From Azolla caroliniana (taxonomy: Eukaryota > Plantae > Polypodiophyta): a DNA stretch of 64,000 nucleotides. The position numbers and the translations under genes are program-made. Below, piece by piece: positions 1 to 11,329 of the stretch (position 1 is the stretch's first letter; every line of letters starts with the position of its first letter). Location: positions 10,974,001 through 11,038,000 of the forward strand of contig JBHGNT010000004.1 in the NCBI GenBank assembly GCA_043228905.1. The letters run 5' to 3'. A model generated the notes under the pieces. It was not told the origin of the DNA. It searched no databases and was given only the letters and a program-made list of their open reading frames with translations.

Positions 1-363
1 ATCATCTGGATCAACCATTTGATTTGCCTTTGAGACTTCTTTGAGAGGTTTGCTCAACTGTTCGCTTCTCCTTTTTTGTTGGTTGATCGACGATCCATTT
101 GCATGTCTCAAATTCAAAAGTTGTCCAATCATACGGGACGTGGGGATGGGCAACATAATCAACTATTAATGTGAGCGTTGATTCGTTGAACTCCTTGCAA
201 ATGGAAAAGGAGATGTAGATGCCTTTATTCTTGGTAGAGAAGCAACATCAACCGTCGTGAAGGCTTAATGGTTGATTGACGTTGTGTAGCAGCTGGATAG
301 ATAAATAAACATGTGATTCCATTATTTGACTTTCATATGGCTCTTGAAAAACCTTTCAAATAG

Positions 364-405
364 AAGAGGTGCCACTTTTGTAATAGACCTTTTCATTTAG
401 AGGGA
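364..405 (+). pseudogene. Degenerate gag zinc-knuckle remnant, probably internal region of LTR element D
   Basis: Translates KRCHFCNRPFHLEG (CxxCxxxxH). Same strand as the protease remnant that resumes after the Copia insertion at 7418. Confidence 0.4.
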
Positions 406-856
406 GGAGGCAAAAACATGACTTACAAGATAGAAAACGAGTTGTATAAGGGAGTTTCCATCGTCATAAATATAGGGGATGAGACTTTTTTAGTAATGGG
501 AAACCTTGATTTGAGGTGAAACCGACAAAGCGAAGTACATAACATGTCGAGTAAAGAGCTTCGAATCACTTAATTTAAAGAATGCAACTTTGAAGTTGGA
601 TATCCTTAGGTTGTAGAAAATTGAATGAAGATTGATTGAGGTGTTGCTTGAAGAATCTTAGCTTCCTACGCTTGGTTTTGGCATGCACCTTGCTTTTTCA
701 CCTTTGCATGCAATCCTTTTCCTTGAGCACCTAGAGTGAGCAAAACATCGATATCTATGTCCATCCTTTGCATTTCTCTTCATCCATCCCATTGACATGC
801 ACTTGATCTTTTGTAGTCCAAACAAGACTCGGACATCCTTCTTGTTCTACTAACAT

Positions 857-1279
857 TGTTGAGCGGCAAGCTCAATTGGAGCCGGATCGGCTGGATAAGC
901 CTGAGCTGGTGAGCGAGACGGATCGGTGAGCCGGTGAGCACCCGGTGAGCAAAAGAGCTGGTGAGCTGGGGAGCCGGTTAGCCGGATCCATCAGTAACCG
1001 GAAGCCTAGTAGCAGCTAGACTACTAGGGAGTTAATACTCTCGTAGTTAGTGTTAGACGCTTGAGTGAGCATTGAAGTATACCGTACTTCTGTTAGTCCG
1101 TATGGACTTGTATAAAAGTGTTCGCTGAACACATACTATGTACAAAGCGTTGATATAATTTTTGAATAGAGATTCTTGTTCTCTCTCTGTCTGTCTCTCC
1201 CGTGTACTGTTAAGCTTTCCATTAAACCTGTTCTCTATTTTCTGTTTTTTATTGCTTCCGCACGCTATTTGTTTTTACA
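857..1279 (+). repeat. 5' LTR of Copia-1
   Basis: TG...CA termini; matches 6968-7417 apart from SNPs and a ~27-bp deletion near 1147. Confidence 0.95.
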
Positions 1280-1291
1280 TGGTATCAGAGC
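1280..1291 (+). promoter_or_regulatory. Primer-binding site, initiator tRNA-Met
   Basis: TGGTATCAGAGC immediately after the LTR. Confidence 0.95.
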
Positions 1292-1390
1292 GCGAGGGTT
1301 GAGAACCTCTGCAGTCGACATTCGCTTTCGCAAGAAGAAAACCTAACCTTTGTAAAGAACAGAAGGAAAAAAAAAACAATGGATAGAGGA

Positions 1391-4300
1391 ATGGCTAGCT
1401 CGCTTCCAGTGGAGAAGCTCGACAGATCCAACTATGCATCTTGGTCATACAAGATGCATTAGTACTTGCTTGGGCATGGTTACTAGAGCTATGTTGACGG
1501 AGATAACGACACAGCACTTGATGCGGCACACAAGGACTTCCCGGTGTGGGAACAATCGGCAAGCAGAGTGATGTATTGCTTTGCGTCCGGTGTTAGAGAC
1601 CAGTTGTTGAGCCACGTCCGAGATGTTGGGACGCCAAAAGAGGCTTGGGGAAACTTGAAGAAGGTGTTCACCGCAAGCACCACAGCTCGGAAGCTGCAAC
1701 TCCGATAGGAGTTGAGCAATGTCCGACAGAAGGACATGTTAGTGGCTGATTACACGACCTAAATCAAAGAGATCTGTGACTCGCTTGCCTCTATAAACGT
1801 CAATGTAGAGGAAGACGAGATGGTACAGGTCTGTCTCGGGGGCTTGGTGTCTAAGTTCCGAGCTTTCCAGACAGCAGTATGTATGAGGGAGAATATGCCG
1901 TCAATTTCGACTTACAATCGATGCTCCTTGTAGAGGAGAACCACGCCGGTGCGTCAACAAGTGCACCCACCGACAGCCGGATGTTGTACATGGAGGCGGA
2001 TCAGCCCCGTGGGCGTGGTGGACGAGGCGGGTCGGCACGCAATGGAGGCGGCCGACAAGGGCAAGACTGACGACACAGAGATCGTGCCGACAACAGTTCT
2101 GGGACTTCCACAAACAGGGGGAGTCAGGGTGGCGCCGGAGGCCGGCAAGACAAATCCGCCATGGAATGCTGGTATTGTGGCAAAAAGGGCCACAGAGAAA
2201 GCGAGTGCTGGAAGAAGCACGCCGATTTGGACAAATCTGGATCCGGCAAAACTGGTCGGGAGAACCGACAAAGCTCGCACTATGCACAAGGATCGAGAGG
2301 ATCCAGAACCGGGAAGACCAGTAAGGGGCCAACCTTGGTGATGAAGCACGAGGAAAACTCGATGAAGAAGACCACTTCCAAGTCGAAGGAAGTGTGGTAC
2401 ATTGATTCTGGTGCATCAAATCACATGACAAGACACAAAGAGTGGTTCTCCTTCTTGGAGAAACCGGAACAACCGGGAGTTGTCGAAATAGGAGACGACA
2501 CTCCTCACCCAATCGTGCATGTCGGAGAAGTTCCCCTGAGCCATGTCGGACGGGGGGGGGGAAGTTGATGAACGTATTACACGTTCCGACTATCACGAAG
2601 AACCTGGTGTCGGTCGGACAGATTGTCGACCAGGGAATGCGGGTGCGGTTTACGCACCTCGGGTGCTTCATCGAGGAGGAGGGCCAGATTATCGTGCAAG
2701 GGTGTAGAGATGGGAGGATGTTCATCCTCGACACCAATGACGTCGGCACCGCCTTGTTTGCCAAAGGAGAGAAGGTCGAATCGGATATCGACCTGTGGCA
2801 CAAGAGGATCGGTCACGTCAATTACCGGTGGCTTCAAGACTTGCAAACAAAACAAGTTGTTTTCGGTTTGCCGAAGTTTAGTGGCCGGAAGGCCCAAGTA
2901 TGTGAAGCCTACCAACTCGAGAAGCAACACCGGCTTCCATTCCCTACCGAACAAAACCGTAGCCGTAAAAAGCTCGACCTTATTTATTTGGATGTATGGG
3001 GACCGGCACAGAATGTGAGTCTTGGCGGGAGTCGATACTTCGTTTCCTTCATCGACGACTATAGTCGGCACACATGGATCTACCTCATTGAGTGGAAGAG
3101 CGAAGTCTTCAATTGTTTCCGAAACCTCCAGAGCATGGTGGAACGGGAATCAGAGAGGAAGATCAAGTGCCTGCGGTCAGATGGCGGAAAAGAATACTTT
3201 TCCGGCCAATTCAACAGTTATCTGCAACAAACAGGAATTTGGAGAGAGTTCAGCTGCAGATACACACCGGAGCAAAACGGTGTGGCCGAAAGGAAGAACC
3301 GGTCTCTTGTCGACGCGGCAAGGGCAATGCTGGAAGAGAAGAGCATGCCCCATTTCTACTAGGCAGAGGCGGTCCAGATGGCCGTCTACATCCAAAACCG
3401 GATCGGTGACAAGGTGTCCATGCATGAGCTGTATTTCGGGCGCAAGCCGAATTTGAGACACCTTCGGATTTTCGGTAGCATAGCATATGTGCATCTGCCG
3501 GATGAGAAACGGAGGAAGCTGGATGCAAAATTGGAGAAGTGCATCCTCATCGGCTACTCACATGAGCAAAAGGGGTATAAGTGTTATAACCCCCGGATGA
3601 AGCAGGTCCGAGTTAGCCGCGATGTTCAGTTTGATGAGACGACATCATGGTATGCCTTACTAGCTCCGACTTCTGACTCTGACCCGATACCGGAGGATGA
3701 GGCTAGTGAGCTTGAACTGGTCCAGTTAGAAGATGATGAATCCGGGACTCAAGAAGAGAGTCTGGAATCATTTCGGTTGAGTGGGCCGAACGAGAGACTG
3801 GGTCAATCCAACCAGTCAAAAGAAGAACCGGCAAGTAGTGAAGACTCTGACGTGCTCTCCTTGCGCAAGGAACTGAGGGGACGGTTCACGCGCAAAGAGA
3901 AGGGGAAGAAGAAGATGTCGGATTATGGAACTGGTATTTATGAGTCGGATCAAAGCGGATCCGACTCCGGAAAGGGAAATGACGGTTCTTCGACACCGAA
4001 GACCGAACCGGCCAAGAAGGGCCTCAAACCGGGTAACGGTGGGTTACGCCGGTCAACCCACCAGAAGGAACCTGTTAAGCGGTACGGGCACAATGAGTAC
4101 ATGGCGCATCACTATGTGTACATGAACAAGGTGGCGGAAGTGTGTGAGCCGGAGAGCTACGCAGAAGCGGCAAAGGACGCACATTGGCGTGCCGCTATGG
4201 AAGAAGATATGCGGGCACTTGATGCCAACGATACATGGGACCTAGTTGACCCTCCCCATCACAGTAAACCGATCGGATGTAAGTGGGTGTACAAGGTAAA

Positions 4301-6824
4301 GTACAACGCCGACGGTTCAGTTAATCGGTACAAGGCTCGGTTAGTGGCGAAGGGATACGCACAGACCCACAGAATCAACTACGATTAGACCTTCACTCCG
4401 GTAGCGAAGATGACGACGGTTCGTGTGGTGCTGGCGGTTGCAGCGATAAGGGGGTGGCATCTTCACCAGATGGATGTGAAGAATGCATTTCTTCAAGGAG
4501 ATCTTGAAGAAGAGGTCTTTATGATACAACCCCCAGGTTTCCAGACGGAGATGAACAAGTCAGCGGTATGCCGGCTGAAGAAGTCACTTTATGGCCTGAA
4601 GCAAGCCCCCCGAGCTTGGAATGCGAAGATCACGCACCGGTTGCATAAGATGGGGTTTGCGGCCTCCAAGTCCGACTCTTCATTGTTCATCCGGCAAGGT
4701 CCGGACGGTCCAGTTTGCATCTTGTTGTACGTTGATGATCTGGTCATCACCAGACCTGGACTCGATGAAATCAGCCGAGTCAAGTCCCAGTTGTCGGATA
4801 CGTTTGAGATGAAGGATCTAGGGGACCTTCATTACTTTCTTGGGATCGAGGTGATCCGCACCCCCGACGACATATTGCTCTCACAAAGGCACTATGTGTT
4901 GAATATGCAGTACAAGTTCAGCATGACGGAATGCCGACCTATCTCTACTCCCCTAGACCGGAACCAGAAGCTTCGTCCCGACTCCGGACTGGCCTGCGAT
5001 GAGAAACGGTTCTGACAAATTGTCGGAAGCCTTATATATTTGACCATCACATGACTCGACATTAGCTATCGGGTCGGTGTGATTAGCCAATTCATGCAGA
5101 AGCCGACCGTAGAGCATCTTCAGTGCGCGCACCGAATACTGCGGTATGTGAGCGGAACGAAGGACCGGGGACTGTTATACCGGCGAGGTATAACCGAAGA
5201 GCTGGTTGGTTACATAGATGCCGACTAGGATGACGATGCATCAGATCATCGATCAACCTCCGGCTACATGTTTTCCCTAGGTAGCGCGACTGTTGCATGG
5301 AGCAGCAAAAAGCAGCCAACGGTTGCTCTGTCGAGCACTAAGGTTAAGTATCAGGGCGCTACCATTGCCACCTGTGAAGCCATTTGGCTTCGGCGACTGC
5401 TGCAAGACCTACGGATAGAGGTACCGACCCCAATTCTGATCTACTGCGACAACATAAGCAGCATGCAGCTCGCCAAGACCCCCGTATTGTTGGGAGACAG
5501 GTCCCTCCGGATGGGAAGGGAGAAGAACAATGTTGATGAACATACTCGGCCGAGGCCGAAACCGTATGAGGAGTACCCCACTACGGAGAGCCGGATGGTG
5601 CAGACCCGGTGAAGACCGGATGAGGAGTACCCGGCTACGGAGACCCGGATGGTGCAGACCCGGTGAGAAGTGCTCACCGGATGAAGAGACATATTCGTAA
5701 ATATGTTTCTGAGAGCCCATCATGGCTATATTTGTAAATAGCCGAAAAGTCATATTAGTATAAATATGACTTAGGGCAAACTTTTAGGTTACTGTTGTTG
5801 TCATTCTTGTTGGTGCAAGAAAAGAGTGAGCGCGTAACTATGTACAAAGAGAGAGAGAGAGAGAGAGGTTGTTGCCTCTGTTGTAACCGCCGCCTGTGGC
5901 GAGGATCGTGAGCACGAGGTCGTTGCCTCTGTGAACTCACTGTTGTACATTCTAGCATAGTGATAGTTTGCAGCCTGTGGGCTGCCGTGGTTTTTCCCTT
6001 GGTTTGGGTTTTCCACGTAAACATCCTGTGTACCCTCCTCTTCTCTGTGTCGTGTTTTATTTCCCGTTTTCTGTGTATGACTCTAAGCTCGGTTGTGGCT
6101 GAGCGTTGCGCATAAGGAGCGTTTCAGTTCCCGTCACGTATTCCATGCTCGCACAAAGCACATAGAAGTGCACTATCACTTCGTGCGTGAGTGTGTCCTG
6201 AGCGGTGAGGTCGAACTTCGGTATGTTCACACGGATCGGCAAGTTGCCGACATCTTCACCAAACCACTCGAATCGGACAAGTTGCAACACTTCACCGAAA
6301 TGCTTGGTGTTCAGCATCTTGACGTGCCACACTTGAGTGGGAGAACAGGCAAAGACACCGGAACGGGCAAAGACAAAGAGACTGCCGATTGCGCCGGTGA
6401 GGGAAGAACCAACGAAGGGAGAGACAAGAAGAAGAAAGGAGCCGAGTCGACAAAGGAAGTCGACACATCCGAACAAGTCGGAACAAGCGACAGCGGCGAT
6501 AGAGTCAAGAAGGATAGAGTTGACCGGAAGAAGAAGGCCAAGACTCGGACATGGTCCGATGTGGTGAAGGGCCTGGAACTAGAAGACGAATCGGGAGCAA
6601 CCGATTTGGACAAGAGCTGGAACGAATTGGAGACAATCGATTCAGTTCAACAGATAGATTCGGAAGAACCGGATCAATTCAAGGCCAAGAGGACGAGAAG
6701 GCAGCGAAAGTCGACGCCAACACGAAGGAATCGGCGAACCGGCACGCGCCGAAGTCACATTAGCGAGGGAGCTGAATTGGGCCTGTTGAGCAGACAAGCC
6801 GACCGAGGAGGTCGAGGTGCGTAG
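1391..6824 (+). pseudogene. Copia-1 gag-pol with multiple stops and frameshifts, interrupted by a solo LTR
   Basis: Zinc knuckle CWYCGKKGHRESEC, protease WYIDSGASNHM, GAG-pre-integrase LWHKRIGH, integrase LRSDGGKEY/PEQNGVAER, RT HQMDVKNAFLQG and LLYVDD, RNase [14 protein letters not shown], then a charged C-terminal tail. Confidence 0.93.
5488..6136 (+). mobile_element. Solo LTR (Copia-type) inserted in the RNase H of Copia-1
   Basis: TGTTGGG...CCCGTCA with perfect TSD CGTAT. Same family as 28636-29389 and related to the LTRs of the Copia at 33347-38830. Contains two 54-bp repeats. Confidence 0.93.
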
Positions 6825-6967
6825 AACAAGAGGGGTCGCGGCAAACAGAATAGGATCGGACGAGGAGCGTGAGCAAGGCGGAGTGACTCTAGAAGGAGCC
6901 GGGCAGAAGGACCGGTTGCCACAAACGTTGACCTACGACCAGACCTCAAGTTGAGCTTGAGGGGGAG

Positions 6968-7417
6968 TGTTGAGCGGCAAGCTCAATTGGAGCCAGATCG
7001 ACTGGATAAGCCTGAGTCGGTGAGCGAGACGGATCGGTGAGCTGGTGAGCACCCGGTGAGCAAAAGAGCCGGTGAGCTGGGGAGCCGGTTAGCCGGATCC
7101 ATCAGTAACCGGAAGCCTAGTAGCAGCTAGACTACTAGGGAGTTAATACTCTCGTAGTTAGTGTCAGACGCTCGAGTGAGCATTGAAGTACACCATACTT
7201 CTGTCAGTCCGTATGGACTTGTATAAAAGTGTTCGCTGAACACATACTATGTACAGAGTTGCCACTACTAAGTTTGGAACCCTAGACCGTTGATATAATT
7301 TTTGAAGAGAGATTCTTGTTCTCTCTCTCTATTTCTCCTGTGTATTGTTAAGGTCTCCATTAAACCTGTTCTCTGTTTTCTGTTTTTTATTGCTTCCGCA
7401 TGTTATTTGTTTTTACA
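6968..7417 (+). repeat. 3' LTR of Copia-1
   Basis: Preceded by the PPT; matches 857-1279. Confidence 0.95.
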
Positions 7418-7525
7418 AACGCCCTATCTTTCAACCTTTCATATATATCTAGTCTAACTCACGAAAACGATGATGATCCCCAAATCGAAAAATTGGGAGC
7501 CCATTTCAAGAGTGAGAATACAAAT

Positions 7526-7900
7526 TTTACCCTCCCCATTTGTGTCAATGGAGAAATGACCCTCATGATAACTGACACAAGCACATGAGTGAGTAATATC
7601 AGCTACAACTGTTGGCAGAAATGGGGTAGACAAAAAATGGTCCCCTCAGATATCAGACTATGAATGGTTGATCAGTCCATCCAATGCCCTTAGGGTATAG
7701 TGCTTGTCCACAAATTTGAATATACGAACTTGAGTTTTTGTTCATCATCACCTTCACAAAACCGAAAAACCAAGTAGCTTATGAGTGTTTATTGGGGCAA
7801 CCTTCTTACGTGTTAGTAGATTGGTCATGGATTTCAACAATGACACAATCTACATGCGCAAATACAATAAGACCTATAGGATTCACGCCTACATGGAAAA
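7526..7900 (+). pseudogene. Degenerate Gypsy-type aspartic protease (element D internal region)
   Basis: TLPICVNGEMTLMITDTST*VSNISYNCWQKWG...IRL*MVDQS...YECLLGQP resembles the retropepsin motifs (xDTGA, LRMAD, LLGRP) of the other Gypsy elements here. Confidence 0.6.
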
Positions 7901-8559
7901 GGTCCACAAACAAGGACACTCACTGATGAACAACCACTTGGAAACCAGAGAGTTTGAAACAAAACCCTCCTCCCATGTCGACCCACTAACAATGGTAAAA
8001 TAATGACTATCCAGGTGAGAGACCAAGCACTCAACCACGGTCCCGACCATTTGCCAAATAATCAAGGTAAAGGAAAGATATAGAGGCTCGAACCGTTACT
8101 AAAAACTATTAAAGAGAAACACATCAATCTTTAACCCTTTCTAGAAAAAAAATTGGACGTTATTCCGGTTTGCATTCTCTTTTGCGAACATATTCTCTAA
8201 ACAAGATAGCCAATAAACCATAAACATATTTATGCCAATCCCAAAGTAGTCAATATTCTCGGTTCCATGGTACCCTACAATGATCTTATAACCATTAAAG
8301 AAGCTTCTTGAGATCTTACCAAACTTACCTTTGCGGAGATGAGCTTTTTTCAGAGTTGTTTTTTATGTAGTTGATTGATTGTTCATTATGGAGGGATTTT
8401 ACTACAAATATCTATCTGTTTTAATATCGTTAGTTTATACACTACCCCTACCTCTACTTATGCTTTGGGTTTTGACAGATTACCATGATTCGTCTATGTC
8501 TGCGAATGAGTCTACATTTCTCACATATTTTTCGAATAAAGGCACGATTTTTCGTAACT

Positions 8560-8619
8560 AACGCTCATAACGTCCCTCTAGACTTAGCTTCTGTTGAAGC
8601 TCCTTCTATAAATGGATAA
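8560..8619 (+). pseudogene. psbA: Plastid-derived (NUPT) fragment: 3' end of photosystem II D1 gene
   Basis: [19 protein letters not shown] matches the D1 C-terminus (NAHNFPLDLA..EAPS.NG). Confidence 0.9.
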
Positions 8620-8644
8620 TACTTGTTTAGCTATGCAATGTAAC

Positions 8645-8684
8645 TGGATACCAAACCTTTCCGTTCCGGAAGGTTTGGTGTCCA
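8645..8684 (+). terminator. psbA 3' UTR stem-loop carried in the NUPT
   Basis: Inverted repeat TGGATACCAAACCTT / AAGGTTTGGTGTCCA 25 nt after the psbA stop codon. Confidence 0.75.
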
Positions 8685-9546
8685 ATGAAGGTTCGTCCCA
8701 TGGAACAAACAGGAAGAAAGGTAATGGTTTGTCACGATCCTACAACCGTCGGCTCTTGGATTTTGAAGAATATTTAGAATACTCCTATGTATAGGTATTA
8801 AAAAATATTATGAAAATTCACAGAATGCTTATAATCAACCAATCGTTTGAATAGTTTGGGTTGGGGGTATATCCCTCATTCCACGGATTTCCCATTGTCT
8901 CGTTATATACACAACAAATATGTATGTGTATCAATCGAATCACACGCAATACTTTATTTTAGACTCTAGCAAAAAAAAAAGATTTGTTTGTATGAAAAGC
9001 AATCGTCTCAACTAGTTTGCTTCTGCAACGCAACAATGCGACGAAACCTTTTATATCTTCTTCGAGAATCGATCCTGATATTCTCCCATTGGCTCGTTTT
9101 TGCGTCTTCGCACCCAAAATCGCTCGCTTGTTGGGAGGACGATCACTCGCCCATCCCGAAGGAGATATAAGTACTTTTCCGCATGAGCCACGATTGGGGT
9201 CCATGCTGCTATACATCCTAAGTATCTAGGCAGAAAAAAGGCATTTTCTTCATCGGTACTACTATTCCGAAGAAAAGAATTACCCGTGAGAGAGGCGTGG
9301 GCTTGCTTGTCATATCGTAAGAAAATCCTATGCAAGGAGAGATAATTGATTGATAATCCCCTTGGGAATGAATGATTATAGGAGAGGAGGGAATCAAATC
9401 CCATATAATCTTTTCGGGCAGGATAAATGAAGGTCTTGCCACGGAGAGGCAATGAGTGAGTGATGGAGAAAGTCCAGGGGCTTTCCCCAAACCCGAAGAG
9501 AGCCTTGCAATCGATTTGGGAAGGAAAAAATGGAATTTTGGTGTCG

Positions 9547-9690
9547 GCCAACAACACGCAACATGTGAAAAGGATGCATAAGGATGTTGTGCTCAACCTG
9601 GAAAACGATCATGAAGTTGAAAGTACCCGAAATTCCTAGAGGCATACCGTCAGAGAAACTTCCTTGACCGATTGGGTAGATCAAGAAAAC
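9547..9690 (-). pseudogene. psbA: Plastid-derived (NUPT) internal fragment of psbA
   Basis: [48 protein letters not shown] is near-identical to the D1 CD-loop/helix D region. Confidence 0.97.
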
Positions 9691-10284
9691 GACGACGCTC
9701 TATAATGGAACCCTCTCTTTGGGTGGTCGCGATCAAGGGTCCGGGAAGCGTACGAGGCTCTGAAGGCGATGGTCGAGGAAGAGGAGATAACCGGCATGTG
9801 GTCGAGGAAGAGAAGTACACAACAAAGAGCGGAACGAGAAGCGTGCAATATGGCCGTGTAAGGGCCGAGTAGTGAGCACGGAGGGGATCAATAGTGACGA
9901 AGAGAAATGGTAAAGGCAGGTGACCGAAGTATGGGTCCTCCACATTCGTTCCCGAGTCTTAGGCGGTTGCATCCGAGAACCAACAGAAAACCCAAGAGAC
10001 GGAAAGTGGTGGCGAGGACGTGGAGGTCATGGCCAATACAAGTGACGAGTGGGGGAACGAAGACCGGTCCTATGGGTCACCTCACAACGGGCTAGAGACT
10101 TCGGCGGTCGGCATCGAGAACTGACGTAAGACCAAGATACTGACACTGGCGTCAAGAGAACAGGATGCGGCAATTTAGAGAGTTATGGATGGGCCTGAAC
10201 GAGAACCGGTGTTGCGAAAATACGATGAGGATACGTGAACTTTGAGGCAGGACCCTGGGGCCTCCGACCGGAAGATATCAGATT

Positions 10285-11329
10285 TGTATGTTTATATTAA
10301 ACAATTAATGGAAAATGAGAAAGATTGACAAATTTGATTAATAAATAGAAAATAAAAATTACAATCAATCCCAAGATTGGGATTACAAAAGTTTTATCTT
10401 AAGGAGATTACTAGAATAATAGATTAGAAGAAACTAAGATATGGATTCAATAGAGATTTAGGGTTCTTGGCTTTGATAAGAGATTATTGTTTTATGAGTT
10501 GAATCGCTTCCGTATGGAAAATTTTGGGTTATGAGTAAGATATCGCTTCCGTAAGGAAATTATGGTTTACTTGAGAGATAGCCCTCTTCCCGTTCGGAGA
10601 AATTGGAATTATGAGTGATCAATAGATTCCAAGAATTCAGATTCCTCCTTTTTGTCTCTCCCCCATCCTTTTGCATAAAGGACTTCAATTTCCTTTTTTC
10701 CATTCCTTTGCATGCTTTTCCACTTTTGTTCCATGCATCCACATGGCCTCTACTTTAGTCTCTTTTACCTTTCTTTAATTAGCCACATGATCCTTTTATC
10801 TGTTTGGTTTGCGTCTAGCCTTGTCCGGTCGCCGATTGCCGCCGCCTCGCCGGCTCCGCGACCGGTTCCGGTTTTGCTTACCGGCCGGTTTCTGGATTTG
10901 CTTACCGGCTGGTTTCCAAGTTTGCTTACTGACCCGGTTTCCGGATTTGCTTACCGACCGGTTTCCGAGTTTGCTTACCGGCCCGGTTTCCAATTTTGCT
11001 TACTAGGCGGTTTTGCGGATTTGGTTACCGACCGGTTGCAGATTTGCTTACCGGCCCGGTTCCGGTTTTGCTTACCAGCTGGTTTCCGGTTTTTGGGAAC
11101 TTGGCCACCATCATCCATCAAGACAAAGTGACCAAAGTGTTTTTAGCACAAATAAAAAATGAGGGATCTCAAGGTGCTTATATAGCCAGAGCCTTAAGTT
11201 TCCTATCTATGTGGGATAAATCATAGTTTTATTTTCCCTATCTTCTCAAACATCCATCTTTCTATAACATGTCATTAAGCTAATATAAAGTACTTATTAT
11301 TATTATTATTATTATTACATAGTGTGAGA
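10285..11329. mobile_element. Probable solo LTR or AT-rich insertion within the array
   Basis: Abrupt AT-rich block flanked by direct repeat AGATT (10280-10284, 11330-11334). Termini TGT...AGA (imperfect 3' end). Confidence 0.55.
10861..11092. repeat. ~24-bp minisatellite, about 9-10 copies
   Basis: Consensus CCGGTTTCCGGATTTGCTTACCGG. Confidence 0.85.

Larger units (their letters stand above)
857..7417 (+). mobile_element. Full-length degenerate Ty1/Copia LTR retrotransposon (Copia-1)
   Basis: Two similar LTRs TGTTGAGCGG...TTTTTACA (857-1279, 6968-7417). PBS TGGTATCAGAGC; PPT GAGGGGGAG. Domain order gag-PR-INT-RT-RH. Flanks AACAT/AACGC fit a 5-bp TSD with two transitions. Confidence 0.95.

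Noticed and set aside
8959-9540. ycf2, ycf1 or matK assignment for the ORF pieces
   Set aside because: Only a vague resemblance; cannot be supported without a search.
8560-9690. Functional psbA gene
   Set aside because: Only two short fragments in opposite orientations, with substitutions at conserved residues.
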